From the NCBI RefSeq assembly GCF_025567485.1, contig NZ_JAOQKH010000002.1, positions 70,949 to 94,948 on the forward strand: 24,000 nucleotides of DNA. The letters are read 5' to 3'. Positions 23,231-24,000 of this stretch are shown in pieces (positions within the stretch are counted from its first letter, which is position 1; the number at the start of each line of letters is the position of its first letter). Below the pieces are notes generated by a model. The model was given only the letters and a program-made list of their open reading frames with translations, was not told the origin of the DNA and made no database searches. Position numbers and translations under genes: made by a program. The stretch comes from Porcipelethomonas ammoniilytica (GTDB lineage: Bacteria; Bacillota; Clostridia; Oscillospirales; Ruminococcaceae).

Positions 23231-24000
23231 TTACTTTTCCGTACAGAATTCAACCTTTTCGCCTGCCAAAATCATATTAGTGGTTCTCATAGCACACATT
23301 TTTCCGCACATAGAGCATGTATGTCTGTCCTTTGGCGGTACGCTTTCAAAGTATCTTTTTGCTTTTTCAGGATCAATTGCGTATTTGAACATTTCGTCCC
23401 ATTCAACACGTCTTCTGGCATCGCTCATTTTATTGTCAATATCTCTTGCATGAGGAATACCCTTTGCAATATCAGCGGCATGAGCGGCGATTTTTGAAGC
23501 TACAATACCCTCTCTTACATCGTCTGCATCAGGAAGTCTGAGATGCTCAGCAGGAGTAACATAACAAAGAAAATCGGCACCGTTGGCAGCTGCAATAGCA
23601 CCGCCGATAGCGGACGTAATGTGGTCGTATCCTGGAGCAATATCGGTAACTAAAGGACCTAAAACGTAGAAAGGAGCGTTGTGACAGATACGCTTTTGCA
23701 ATGTCATATTTGCGGCAATTTCGTTCATAGCCATATGTCCCGGACCTTCAACCATTACTTGAACGTCCTTTTCCCATGCTCTTTTTGTGAGATCACCCAG
23801 CTCAATAAGCTCCGAAATTTGTCCTGCATCAGTACTGTCGTTGATTGAACCTGGTCTTAAAGCGTCTCCAAGACTGATCGTTACGTCATATTCACGAAGA
23901 ATTTCCAGTACTTCATCATAATACTCATAGAATGGGTTTTCATTTCCAGTCATTTCCATCCAAGCAAAAAGCAGTGAACCGCCTCGGGAAACTATGTTGG
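23231..24000 (-). CDS. thiC: phosphomethylpyrimidine synthase ThiC, C-terminal part; N-terminus lies beyond the window
   Basis: The frame stays open to 24000 (..[22 protein letters not shown]..); the Met at 23959 is internal. It has the conserved MVEGPGH and [17 protein letters not shown] blocks and the C-terminal [11 protein letters not shown] Fe-S motif (CxxCxxxxC). Confidence 0.93.
   Translation of the reverse strand, partial: NIVSRGGSLLFAWMEMTGNENPFYEYYDEVLEILREYDVTISLGDALRPGSINDSTDAGQISELIELGDLTKRAWEKDVQVMVEGPGHMAMNEIAANMTLQKRICHNAPFYVLGPLVTDIAPGYDHITSAIGGAIAAANGADFLCYVTPAEHLRLPDADDVREGIVASKIAAHAADIAKGIPHARDIDNKMSDARRRVEWDEMFKYAIDPEKAKRYFESVPPKDRHTCSMCGKMCAMRTTNMILAGEKVEFCTEK

Overview
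Chromosomal segment of a low-GC Firmicute, probably a Clostridia or Ruminococcus-like gut anaerobe; this taxon guess is low confidence. Most of the window is ordinary housekeeping. It holds a clostridial 2x[4Fe-4S] ferredoxin that the ORF track missed, an amidohydrolase, a small radical SAM protein, and a YfhO plus GT4 envelope-glycosylation pair. It also holds a Cys T-box-controlled cysE-(membrane protein)-cysS operon, two cyclophilins (one degenerate), murA, a YycJ-like MBL hydrolase with rlmH, pssA-psd, a lipoprotein GH5 glycanase with two unassigned tandem modules, and a partial thiC. The unusual part is 8361-10992. Two arrays of ~103-bp tandem repeats lie in inverted orientation (3 copies on the left; 3 copies interleaved with a diverged sister unit on the right). 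Each array ends on its outer side in an A/T-tract palindrome. Together they bracket a 1.75-kb cassette that contains only three XRE-family HTH regulators. The cassette has near-consensus promoters, three different palindromic operator candidates, a duplicated 47-nt leader element (one copy looks like a terminated ~100-nt sRNA) and a 32-nt near-perfect palindrome. No recombinase, transposase or phage structural gene is visible. I cannot assign this module to a known element class from sequence alone. All coordinates, motifs and identities were read by eye; no searches were run.
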